This document shows positions 1-8,820 of a stretch of DNA of 64,000 bases, in pieces. The notes beneath the pieces were generated by a model, which was given only the letters and a program-made list of their open reading frames with translations, was not told where the DNA came from and searched no databases. Origin of the DNA: Alphaproteobacteria bacterium (GTDB taxonomy: Bacteria > Pseudomonadota > Alphaproteobacteria > UBA7887). Numbering within the stretch: position 1 is the stretch's first letter; each line of letters opens with the position of its first letter. The position numbers and the translations under genes are program-made. The stretch is taken from contig CBDCGL010000011.1 in the NCBI GenBank assembly GCA_965216755.1, forward strand, positions 1,952,001 through 2,016,000, in the 5' to 3' direction.

Positions 1-2
1 TC

Positions 3-1715
3 GCCGCGGGCGAAACGCACGGTTATCGCAATGCGCAAGCCACCGTCGTCGCGCCGACCGGCACAATCGGTTTGGTTATGGACTGCGATACAACCGGGAT
101 AGAGCCGGATTTCGCCCTGGTCAAATTCAAGAAACTGGCCGGAGGCGGCTATTTCAAGATCATCAACCGGGTCGTCCCGATGGCGCTACGCAGTCTCGGC
201 TACCGCGAAGACCAAATCGAGGACACGGTTACCTATGCGATCGGCAGCGGCAGCTTGGTCGATGCGCCTCATATCAACCATGGCACGCTGGCCAACAAGG
301 GGTTCGACGAGGCTGCGCTCGAACGCATTGAAGCGGTGTTGGCGGATACTTTCGATATTCGCTTCGTGTTCAACAAATGGACGCTGGGCGCGGAATTTTG
401 CCACGAGGGACTAGGCTTTTCCGACGTAGAAATGGCCGCCCCGGAATTCGACATGCTCACAGCCTTGGGCTTCAGCGCGTCCGAGATCGCGGCGGCAAAC
501 CTCTACTGCTGCGGCGCGATGACCTTGGAGGGGGCACCCCACCTTAAGCAAGAGCACCTGCCCGTTTTCGATTGCGCGAATCCGTGCGGCGCCCGTGGCA
601 CCCGTGCCCTGTCTTGGCAAAGCCACATCACGATGATGGCGGCGGCACAGCCATACATCTCGGGCGCGATTTCAAAGACGATCAATATGCCGCGCAGCGC
701 GTCGATCGATGATTGTCGCGAAGCGCTTATGTTGTCTTGGCAACTCGGTCTAAAGGCCAACGCCCTTTATCGCGACGGTTCCAAACTCAGCCAGCCATTA
801 AACCTTGCCGTCGAGGAGTCGCTTGAAAGCGACGACGAGCAGACGTCTGCGCCTCCCATCCAGGTGGTTAAACACGTGGTCGAAAAAGTCGTGCAACTGC
901 GCGAGCGCGAGCGCCTACCCGACCGACGCAAGGGATACACACAAAAGGCGATCATCGGCGGGCACAAAGTCTATCTCCGGACCGGTGAGTATCGCGACGG
1001 ACGACTTGGCGAAATTTTCATCGACATGCACAAGGAAGGGGCCGCCTTTCGAAGCCTGATGAACAATTTCGCCATCGCCATTTCCATTGGCCTTCAATAT
1101 GGCGTGCCGCTCGAAGAGTTTGTGGAGGCGTTCACGTTCACGCGCTTTGAGCCCAGTGGCATCGTCGAAGGTAATGATACCATTCGCATGGCAACATCAA
1201 TCCTCGACTACGTTTTCCGGGAAGTGGCGATTTCGTATCTGGATCGGACGGATTTGGCTCATGTCGAGCCCGACGATTTGTTGCCCGACAGTTTGGGCGC
1301 GGGCGAACAGCAAAGCGAAATCGCCGGCGAAAACATGCCAAAGGCACCGGCGGCCACGGACATATCTGCCTATGTGAGCCCGGGATATGTTCGCGGACGC
1401 CTGCGCGTGGTGGATGGTGGAGCGACCAGCATCGTCAACAGCGCGATCGGCCGCGAAACTGTCCAGGCGCAACTCGGCGCCGCCGTTCACGACGGCACGT
1501 TTGAAATCGCCGCGGCCGCGGTTGCGGGCGACGCCAGTATAGCGGTCGCGGCCCATTATGATCGAGGTATCAACTCAGTTTCGAACCAAGTTCAAGAAGC
1601 CCGAGTCAAAGGATACGAAGGAGATCCATGCTCGGAATGCGGAAATTTTACTCTGGTGCGCAACGGGACCTGCCTGAAATGTGACACCTGTGGCGGTACC
1701 AGTGGGTGCTCCTAA
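3..1715 (+). CDS. nrdJ: Class II (B12-dependent) ribonucleotide reductase, 5'-truncated by the window edge
   Basis: Frame is open from position 3 (…[31 protein letters not shown]). [10 protein letters not shown] and [11 protein letters not shown] motifs, TSCPD-like domain ([13 protein letters not shown]…), C-terminal Cys ribbon CSEC…[14 protein letters not shown]. Confidence 0.96.
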   Translation, partial: AAGETHGYRNAQATVVAPTGTIGLVMDCDTTGIEPDFALVKFKKLAGGGYFKIINRVVPMALRSLGYREDQIEDTVTYAIGSGSLVDAPHINHGTLANKGFDEAALERIEAVLADTFDIRFVFNKWTLGAEFCHEGLGFSDVEMAAPEFDMLTALGFSASEIAAANLYCCGAMTLEGAPHLKQEHLPVFDCANPCGARGTRALSWQSHITMMAAAQPYISGAISKTINMPRSASIDDCREALMLSWQLGLKANALYRDGSKLSQPLNLAVEESLESDDEQTSAPPIQVVKHVVEKVVQLRERERLPDRRKGYTQKAIIGGHKVYLRTGEYRDGRLGEIFIDMHKEGAAFRSLMNNFAIAISIGLQYGVPLEEFVEAFTFTRFEPSGIVEGNDTIRMATSILDYVFREVAISYLDRTDLAHVEPDDLLPDSLGAGEQQSEIAGENMPKAPAATDISAYVSPGYVRGRLRVVDGGATSIVNSAIGRETVQAQLGAAVHDGTFEIAAAAVAGDASIAVAAHYDRGINSVSNQVQEARVKGYEGDPCSECGNFTLVRNGTCLKCDTCGGTSGCS

Positions 1716-1795
1716 CTGCCTGGGGAGCACACGATCCGGGAAACCGGATCATTCGCCTGTGCATTCGCTGCTGTGGGGCGAATCCTCCTGAGCCT

Positions 1796-1834
1796 TTGGG
1801 AGCGTGGTCAAGGTAGGCACGTTCCCAATTTTTT
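1796..1834 (+). terminator. Intrinsic terminator downstream of nrdJ
   Basis: TTGGGAGCGTG (1796-1806) pairs with CACGTTCCCAA (1818-1828), 11 bp with one G-U pair, followed directly by TTTTTT. Confidence 0.6.
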
Positions 1835-1861
1835 GTTCTGACCTCTGCGAACAGACTTAAA

Positions 1862-1896
1862 CGGGGTGCTGGTTTGGCCAGCCCCCGGTTTTCTTT
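1862..1896 (+). terminator. Second terminator-like hairpin between convergent nrdJ and protease genes
   Basis: CGGGG-T-GCTGG / CCAGC-CCCCG stem with TTTGG loop, followed by GTTTTCTTT. Confidence 0.55.
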
Positions 1897-1926
1897 CCAG
1901 CAGTCTGGATCTTACCGCTGGCCGTT

Positions 1927-2919
1927 CTATTCGCCGCGGCAGTCTGGACGATAGAGTCGACACCGCATCATGGGTTCCGGCCCAAGACTACTGATCTTGG
2001 TTTCGAGGGCGGCGGCAAATTGCGGATCAGGATGGATCCCCTGCAACACGGCAGCCGTCCACTGGGCTTTGGCATGGCGATAGTCACCGGCGGCAAACAG
2101 CGCTCGCGAAAACAAAGCACGGTTGGCGCCCCAGGTCGGTGCATGCCGCGCCGCCCGCCAAAACGACGTCAGCGCGCGGTGCGTGTCGCGTCGCAACAAA
2201 GCGTCGCGGCCTTCGGTCGCCCAGGCGCTGGCCAGGGGATTTACGGCACCCGCCATATGTCCGCGGGCAAATATTCGGCTAATCCGAAACGCGGTTGGCC
2301 CGTCGATGCCAAGTACACCAGTGCCAAAATCGAAATCCCTCATCAGCTGTATCAGATCGTGGGTGATCGCATCAAAGCGCAATGTTCTGGCGCCGGCGGC
2401 GAACATCACCGATCGCGGGTCCGCAACGTGCCATGCACCGAACAAATGGCCGAGTTCGTGAGCTATGACGACGGGCATGTCATAGCCCGACACGCTGTGG
2501 CGGACCGCAACCGCCACATCACGAAAGGGCATGCCCGCCCCCGCGCTACCAACCGCCTGGCCGCTCAAGCCCAACAATACTTCGGCGGGGCCCGTTCCGA
2601 CCGTATGGCGTAGCGACGCAATCATCGCACGAACGTCGCGAATTTGGTCGTCCGAATGCCAATTCACAATGTCGGCGACTTGCCAGGAAATCGAAAATGC
2701 GCTCTCAAACGATCGGTTTACAGCCGTAATCCAAGCGTTCAGGTTACGGCGCCAAATCCCTTTGGCACGAAATTCCTCGTCTGCTGCAATCCGTAGGGTG
2801 ATTATCCGGTTTGGTTGCGACCTTTGCGCCAGGTCAATCCGATCATTGGCCAACGCGGTGCCGTCGCCGCCTAACACCAACGCGCCGACCATCGCAATTC
2901 CGCACCAAAAAAGTCTCAT
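1927..2919 (-). CDS. Secreted metzincin Zn-metallopeptidase (reprolysin/matrixin-like) with C-terminal TPR-like helices
   Basis: HELGHLFGAWH (HExxHxxGxxH) plus Met-turn SVMF; N-terminal signal peptide (MRLFWCGIAMVGALVLGG…ALA); TPR-like tail. Start placed at ATG 2919. Confidence 0.75.
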   Translation of the reverse strand: MRLFWCGIAMVGALVLGGDGTALANDRIDLAQRSQPNRIITLRIAADEEFRAKGIWRRNLNAWITAVNRSFESAFSISWQVADIVNWHSDDQIRDVRAMIASLRHTVGTGPAEVLLGLSGQAVGSAGAGMPFRDVAVAVRHSVSGYDMPVVIAHELGHLFGAWHVADPRSVMFAAGARTLRFDAITHDLIQLMRDFDFGTGVLGIDGPTAFRISRIFARGHMAGAVNPLASAWATEGRDALLRRDTHRALTSFWRAARHAPTWGANRALFSRALFAAGDYRHAKAQWTAAVLQGIHPDPQFAAALETKISSLGPEPMMRCRLYRPDCRGE

Positions 2920-3149
2920 GATCCGGTGACACTGCGACAAGCCAGCATATGGCGCGCCTTTGATACGACTTTCACGGTCTCCACCTACCCAACCTGTGTC
3001 CGCGACGTATATAGGATAATCAAGATGTTGGGCCCCCGTCCCCGGTCAATCGCCAGTTTCCCATTCCGATTCACAGAGGATCCATTTTTGCCATTGTTCG
3101 CGCCGCACCGCAGCAACCGTGCCACGGCCAAACGGAAGGCTCTCTAGGC

Positions 3150-4406
3150 ATGGCCACAAAGTCGGGCATGTCGTCGAAACCCCAAGTATGCATTGCGCGC
3201 AGCGAATCCGAACGCGCCGACATTTATCGCTTTCGCTACCGTCTGTTCGTCGAGGAGATGCATCGCGATCACTCGGCAGCTGATGCAAAACGCGAGATGA
3301 TGCGCGACCCCATGGACGATACGGGGTTGCATCTCTACATGGTCGTCGATGGGAAGGTCGTCGCAACAATCCGCCTAAATCTTGGAAAGTTGACGACATT
3401 TTCAGATGTGGTTCGGGGCGCCTACGCGCTGGACAAGTTCGTCGCTTTTCCAAGCGAGCAGATCTCAACGACCACGCAACTGATGGTGTCAGAGCGGTGG
3501 CGCTCAAGCAGCGTACCGGCGGTGCTGTTGGGCGCCACCTACAAGTTGGCCCGCCAGCAGGGCGTTCGTTTCGATTTCTGCCAATGTCCGCCATATCTGG
3601 TGCCGCTTTACGAACGCCTCGGTTATCGGCGCTATACCGATAACTTTGTCGACCCGGACACTGGCTACGCGGTGCCCATGGTCTTGCTGACTGAAGATCT
3701 CGACTATTTGCGAGCGTGCAAATCCCCATTCTTCCGCATCGCGTCTCAATTTCCAAATAACCGCAAGGCCGTAGAGTGGTTTCACAAGGAATTCCGTGAA
3801 GTCGCCATCGGAGCGCCCAGATCGAGCCTCAGCGAGGAAGATTTCTGGCAACTGCTGACCCAGAAACTGCACCAAATTCCGCTCGTTTCAATCCCTCTGC
3901 TCAAGGGTCTCAGTTACGAAGATGCCAAATCATTCCTAAATCGCGGCAGTGTGATGCACGCCAAATGCGGTGATGTCATCATGCGTGCCGGCGACTCGGG
4001 CAACGAAATGTTCGTGGTATTAAATGGTGCGGTGGAACTGCGCTCGATCGCCGACGATGGCACCGAGCATCTGCTCAACCGCCTGGATCAGGGCGAAATC
4101 TTCGGCGAATTAGGGCTCTTGGCCACAACGCCCCGGTCAGCCAATGTGGTCGCCGTGGCAGATTCTGAAGTCCTCATACTCACGCAAAACTTTTTCGAGC
4201 AAGTGATGAACAGCATGCCTGAAATCACGGTCAAGGTTCTGTTCAACCTGTGCCTTATCTTGTGTGAGCGACTAAAAGCGAGCAGCGACAATTGGATTGC
4301 CGCCATGATGTCGGATGCGGCCCGAACAGCCGCCAGCCAGCCCCACGGGCCAACGCCAACATCGGCCAAGCAAACCGAGAAAGTCGCTGCCAAAGCAGTA
4401 TCTTAA
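3150..4406 (+). CDS. GNAT (FeeM / acyl-homoserine-lactone-synthase-like) acyltransferase fused to a C-terminal cyclic-nucleotide-binding domain
   Basis: N-terminal IYRFRYRLFVEE…DPMDD…VVATIRL and PLYERLGY motifs; C-terminal GDVIMRAGDSGNEMFVVLNGAV…FGELGLLATTPRSANVVA cNMP signature. Confidence 0.8.
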   Translation: MATKSGMSSKPQVCIARSESERADIYRFRYRLFVEEMHRDHSAADAKREMMRDPMDDTGLHLYMVVDGKVVATIRLNLGKLTTFSDVVRGAYALDKFVAFPSEQISTTTQLMVSERWRSSSVPAVLLGATYKLARQQGVRFDFCQCPPYLVPLYERLGYRRYTDNFVDPDTGYAVPMVLLTEDLDYLRACKSPFFRIASQFPNNRKAVEWFHKEFREVAIGAPRSSLSEEDFWQLLTQKLHQIPLVSIPLLKGLSYEDAKSFLNRGSVMHAKCGDVIMRAGDSGNEMFVVLNGAVELRSIADDGTEHLLNRLDQGEIFGELGLLATTPRSANVVAVADSEVLILTQNFFEQVMNSMPEITVKVLFNLCLILCERLKASSDNWIAAMMSDAARTAASQPHGPTPTSAKQTEKVAAKAVS

Positions 4407-4417
4407 CGTCTGAACTT

Positions 4418-6208
4418 TCAGTTCTGTTTAACCGGGGGCAGAGCCACCCGAACGTGAAGTTCCTTGAGCCGCTCTGACGGTACTTCCGCCGGCGCACGCA
4501 TCAGCAGATCCTGTGCCTGCTGGTTCATCGGAAACAAGATGACCTCGCGAATATTCGGCTGATCGGCGATGAGCATAACAATGCGATCGATACCCGGCGC
4601 CAACCCACCATGGGGCGGCGCACCAAATCGAAACGCCCGTAACATACCGCCAAACTTCTCTTCCACCTCTTCCGGGGCGTAACCGGCGATCCCGAATGCC
4701 TTGATCATGATGTCCGGTCTATGATTTCGGATCGCGCCAGATGACAGCTCAACGCCGTTGCACACAATGTCGTATTGATACGCGAGGATGCTCAGCGGAT
4801 CGTCGTTCTCCAAAGCCGCTAATCCGCCTTGGGGCATCGAAAAAGGATTGTGACTAAACTCAATTTTTCCGGTCGCTTCATCAAGTTCATAAAGTGGAAA
4901 ATCAACAGTCCAACAAAACTTGTAAACGCCCTGTTCGATGAGTTCGAGCGCCTCGCCTAAGCGCGTGCGAGCGGCGCCGGCGAATTTCTCGGCGTCCGAT
5001 TTCTTGTTGCAGACAAAAAAGATCGAATCTCCGGCGCCGAGGCCGGCGCGCTCGCGGATTAAGGCTTGCACATGGTCCGGTATAAACTTGGCGATCGGCC
5101 CCTTGCCGACACCGGAATCGTCAAACGTGATATAGCCGAGCCCAGGCGCCCCTTCGCTGCGCGCCCAATCGTTGAGCTTGTCGAAAAAGCTTCGCGGCTG
5201 TCCGGCCGATCCCGGACCTGGAATGCCGCGCACGACAGCGCCTTTTTCGATCGCGTTACGAAATGCCTTAAACTCCACGCCTTCCATTGTAAAACAATCA
5301 GTTAGATCACAAATTTCAATTGGGTTGCGAAGGTCGGGCTTGTCGGTGCCATATCGCAACAAGGCGTCCTTATAGGCAATCCTGGGAAATGGACGCGGTG
5401 TCACCGGCCAATCGGTGAACTCCTCGAAAACCTCGGCCAGGATCGGCTCGACGGTCGACAGCACGTCTTCTTGTGTGACGAACGCCATCTCTAAATCCAA
5501 TTGGTAGAATTCGCCGGGGCTGCGGTCGGCACGCGCATCTTCATCGCGAAAGCACGGCGCGATCTGGAAATAGCGATCAAAGCCGGAAACCATCACCAGT
5601 TGCTTGAATTGCTGTGGCGCCTGCGGCAACGCATAAAACTGTCCGGGATGTAACCGGCTGGGCACCAGGAAATCACGGGCGCCTTCCGGACTTGAAGACG
5701 TCAGTATGGGCGTCTGAAACTCACGGAAGCTGGCCTCGATCATGCGCCGGCGAATGCTCGCGATCACATCGTTGCGCAGCATGATATTGCGTTGCATCGC
5801 CTCTCGACGCAGGTCGAGAAATCGATAGGTAAGTCGCATTTCCTCCGAGTAGTCCTGATCGCCGGCGACTTGCATGGGCAGCACTTCGGCTTCCGACTCG
5901 ACATGAAAGTCGTTGATCGTGACCTCTATATGGCCAGTCGTCAGGGCAGGGTTGACGGTATCCTCGGTGCGGGCAACAACCGGCCCGCTGATTGTGACCA
6001 CACTCTCCGGGCGAACCGCCTCGGCGGCCTCGAAATGCGTATCACCGCTTTCCACGACACATTGGGTGATGCCGAAATGGTCACGCAAATCGATAAACAG
6101 CAGGTGGCCGTGATCGCGTTTGCGATGCACCCAGCCAGACAGGCGCACGGTGGTGCCAACGTGGGAAAGTTCCAATTCGCCACAAGTGTGGGTTCGATAG
6201 GGGTGCAT
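4418..6208 (-). CDS. aspS: Aspartate--tRNA ligase (probably non-discriminating Asp/Asn type)
   Basis: [10 protein letters not shown] start, [40 protein letters not shown]; His in RKRDHG. Confidence 0.97.
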   Translation of the reverse strand: MHPYRTHTCGELELSHVGTTVRLSGWVHRKRDHGHLLFIDLRDHFGITQCVVESGDTHFEAAEAVRPESVVTISGPVVARTEDTVNPALTTGHIEVTINDFHVESEAEVLPMQVAGDQDYSEEMRLTYRFLDLRREAMQRNIMLRNDVIASIRRRMIEASFREFQTPILTSSSPEGARDFLVPSRLHPGQFYALPQAPQQFKQLVMVSGFDRYFQIAPCFRDEDARADRSPGEFYQLDLEMAFVTQEDVLSTVEPILAEVFEEFTDWPVTPRPFPRIAYKDALLRYGTDKPDLRNPIEICDLTDCFTMEGVEFKAFRNAIEKGAVVRGIPGPGSAGQPRSFFDKLNDWARSEGAPGLGYITFDDSGVGKGPIAKFIPDHVQALIRERAGLGAGDSIFFVCNKKSDAEKFAGAARTRLGEALELIEQGVYKFCWTVDFPLYELDEATGKIEFSHNPFSMPQGGLAALENDDPLSILAYQYDIVCNGVELSSGAIRNHRPDIMIKAFGIAGYAPEEVEEKFGGMLRAFRFGAPPHGGLAPGIDRIVMLIADQPNIREVILFPMNQQAQDLLMRAPAEVPSERLKELHVRVALPPVKQN

Positions 6209-6266
6209 AAGCAGATACCGGTGTCGGGATGAAAGATGGCGGTTGTCGCCGATTGTGCCGCGGCGG

Positions 6267-6294
6267 ATCATAGTGACGCCGCCGCCGAGGTCAA
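6267..6294 (-). promoter_or_regulatory. Sigma70-type promoter for aspS
   Basis: Minus strand TTGACC-N16-TATGAT, about 60 bp upstream of the aspS ATG. Confidence 0.55.
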
Positions 6295-6317
6295 AGCGCT
6301 AACCGCGCCGATCTAGC

Positions 6318-6530
6318 CTATCGATCGGGCTGCTGCTCTCTGGGGACTTCGTAGCAGTCCGGCTGACCAATGGTCTCATAGCAGTAGACCTTGCGCGGCT
6401 TCTTCAGTACCACGGGTTTGGGATGCCCGGTGAACATGGTCCAGATACTGTCCTCGATCGATTTGACATGCTCGCCGCTACATGCCCAAAGGGAAAGTGA
6501 TAAAAGCAAAACACTCAAAATTCTGGGCAT
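6318..6530 (-). CDS. Small lipoprotein of unknown function
   Basis: MPRILSVLLLSLSLWA-C signal II/lipobox; C-terminal YCYETIGQPDCY Cys pair. Confidence 0.7.
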   Translation of the reverse strand: MPRILSVLLLSLSLWACSGEHVKSIEDSIWTMFTGHPKPVVLKKPRKVYCYETIGQPDCYEVPREQQPDR

Positions 6531-6602
6531 ATTCTTCGAAGCTCGCGTTTCGCGCTTGAGCATTTCACGCCCACATGCGTTCGCATGATATGCCCTATAT
6601 AT

Positions 6603-6616
6603 TTGATATTGATCAA
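6603..6616. promoter_or_regulatory. FNR/FixK-family box
   Basis: Perfect TTGAT-ATTG-ATCAA in an intergenic AT-rich stretch. Confidence 0.6.
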
Positions 6617-6815
6617 TTTAACCGCGCTCAAACGACGCCGTTTGAACGAAGATTGATCTGGTCTCGCCACAACAGTGTGACGACCACGCTTAACGAACGG
6701 TTTAGAAGACTGTTTGTCTGTGTCTTACGGATTCTCATAGTGTCGCCAAAGCATTTGAAATCGTTTCTCTTTTTCCGATTTACGGACACATTGATGAACA
6801 TACAGAATCCCTCCA

Positions 6816-7237
6816 ATGAACTGGCGCCCATTTGGACCGGACAGTTGGCGTAAACAGGGAGGCTTAGGCTTAGCCCTAAACATATGCTTATGTCTGATGG
6901 TTTTCAGCGGATCGAAGTGTTCACAGGGATCGCACGCCGACGGCATTGGTCGGCCTAGCGAAAAGTGGGTCGGGGACATGGTTGTTCCGACTCTCCGCTT
7001 CAAGTCGGATGCGCCCGCGTTTAACGCGATTGCCGAATGCGACGGCTGCATTACAAGTCTCACCAAGCTATTGCAAGTTTCTTAGTCGATTCTGACCAAA
7101 TGCCCATCCTGATTATGTCATGCAAGACATCGTCAGGGCGGGCTGCAGGATTCATTCTTCTGACCGAGCCCAGCCGACGCAATGCAAGCGGAAGTGACTC
7201 GGCGGCAAGGGCCTTGGAGGCACACCAAAACGATTGA
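6816..7237 (+). pseudogene. Probable frameshifted remnant of a Rap1a-like secreted protein (paralog of 7372..7815)
   Basis: ORFs 6816..7085 and 7037..7237, joined near 7075, align loosely by eye with the downstream protein (AIAECDGCITSLTKLLQ/ASFLVDSDQM vs LIVQCRAVVGTIVGMME/AGQFALDDARKW; AAGFILL vs SAAFVAW). Confidence 0.35.
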
Positions 7238-7371
7238 GTGCTCGTCAGGCAGCATTTCCAAGGATTTGAACATTCCAAACCGTTTCAAAAGCTTCGAAAA
7301 TGAGAAGATTTGCTCATGGGAAATTCGATTGTCAGCGATGGCACAAGCGTAAGAATAGGCGAAATCTCGGT

Positions 7372-7815
7372 ATGAATTTGTGGGCGCGTAACCTGGTTGT
7401 GCTGATGGCGATCTTTGGTCTCAGCGTGGGCGCCACGCAACCAGGCTTCAGCGGCGCCGGGGCGCCCCCCGACGGCCCGATCGACGCGATCGAGACAGGC
7501 GCTGATCTAAAATTCGCCTGCGGTCAGGAGGTCAAAGACTTCGAGGATGTGGTCGGCGAGAAAACCTATCGCTCCATGCTCATCGTTCAGTGCCGCGCTG
7601 TCGTGGGCACGATCGTGGGCATGATGGAAGCCGGTCAGTTTGCCTTGGATGATGCGCGAAAATGGCAGTGCGTTACGATTCCTGAGGACCTAAACGAAAT
7701 GTCGGCAGCTTTTGTAGCCTGGGTCGGACGCAAACCGGGCTTAATGCGGCGGTCGGCCGCAGTGGCCTTTGTCGAGGCGATCGAATCTAGTGCGCCGTGC
7801 AAAGAAGCTTCGTAG
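7372..7815 (+). CDS. Secreted Rap1a/Tai-like (immunity-protein-fold) protein
   Basis: Signal peptide; TGADLKFAC…QC…WQCVTIP…AAFVAWVGRKP…SAAVAFVEAIESSAPC four-Cys pattern typical of the Rap1a family. Confidence 0.65.
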   Translation: MNLWARNLVVLMAIFGLSVGATQPGFSGAGAPPDGPIDAIETGADLKFACGQEVKDFEDVVGEKTYRSMLIVQCRAVVGTIVGMMEAGQFALDDARKWQCVTIPEDLNEMSAAFVAWVGRKPGLMRRSAAVAFVEAIESSAPCKEAS

Positions 7816-7961
7816 AAGAGAACGGATCGTTTGGCGTAGATTGAAACAAGTGGACGATACTGTTTCTGAAAGTAGCATGCGCACGGTGGGATTGGCCGAT
7901 CGGCGGAACAAGACCGAGTTGCCGTTGGTGTGGCGATGACCCGGATATTAAGAAACCAGCC

Positions 7962-8179
7962 ATGAAATCGTTGGGTGCTGCACTTGCCCTAATGATGATC
8001 GCTGTTTCCGCGCGGGCGGCCACCACGATGCCGTGGAAGCTCAACGGTGGATATGCACCGCACTCGCCGATGGCGACAACTACTTAGTGACTTGGAAACG
8101 ACGCCTGTAAGCTCGGTTGACGCCCGAAGAACTGGCTGAGGCTCGTCACAACGAAGCACAACGCGCCGACACGCAGTAA
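7962..8179 (+). pseudogene. Decayed small secreted Sel1-repeat-like protein
   Basis: Signal peptide MKSLGAALALMMIAVSARA, frameshift near 8022, then DAVEAQRWICTALADGDNYLVTWKRRL*ARLTPEELAEARH with in-frame TAA at 8108-8110. Confidence 0.55.
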
Positions 8180-8651
8180 TATGTGAACGCCCGTCGTTCG
8201 GAAGATAATTCGGTTGATAACTTCTCGAATCGTGGTGGCTTTTTCGGCGTTGATTCGGTTGCCGTCATCGTTGAAATATGCGCCCTTGATGTGTTCCTCG
8301 ATATAGATCGCAATACCAGCGATTTCGCGTTTTAAGAACGTGCTCTTAAATCCAGGCATGCCACGGTCGCGGATGCCCACCGTAATCACATGACGAGGCC
8401 TTCGCAAACGAGCAGCGTCGCAGATCCGCCGCAAAGCCGCCATATGCGGGACCACCTCGGCCGTCTGCCTTATGACAGCGCGCGCACGTGTTGGGCAATT
8501 CGGTGGATTCCTTCGGCGGCGGACCGCGCCGTTTCTTCTTCTCCTCGGCCATGGTTGTCACGATGGATAACATGGCGAATACTGCCGTGCCAAGAAACAT
8601 CACGGCGGCCACGCTGCCGAGAATTCGTACCTGTTGGAAAGGTTCGTGCAT
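8084..8651 (-). pseudogene. Frameshifted periplasmic class I cytochrome c (likely partner of the PQQ dehydrogenase)
   Basis: Signal peptide and CARCH are in ORF 8346..8651; the axial-Met half (HVITVGIRDRGMPGFK…EIAGIAIYIEEHIKG) is in another frame (8084..8455). Break at about 8390-8420; true 3' end uncertain. Confidence 0.8.
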
Positions 8652-8770
8652 TGTGTCGCGTCCGGTCTATAGGTCGCCTCACACACAGATGAGGCGCCTT
8701 GCTGTTCAGGTACATAGCTGGGCGCTCGGACACGGTAGTGGGTTCTAAACCAAAAGCCGAATAATCGGAG

Positions 8771-8800
8771 AAAAGCATGGGCCGGCGGTTTCGCGCCGGC
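8771..8800 (-). terminator. Terminator/stabiliser hairpin after the PQQ dehydrogenase
   Basis: Minus strand GCCGGCG-CGAAAC-CGCCGGC followed by CCATGCTTTT. Confidence 0.5.
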
Positions 8801-8820
8801 TCACACCATAAGCAGTGTTT

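Noticed and set aside
7319-7335. TGGCAC upstream of the Rap1a-like gene as a sigma54 promoter
   Set aside because: The -12 TTGC element is absent (TAAG at that position).
8390-8420. Programmed ribosomal frameshift restoring the cytochrome c
   Set aside because: No slippery heptamer or homopolymer run at the break, the best reconstruction needs two indels, and neighbouring genes are also decayed.
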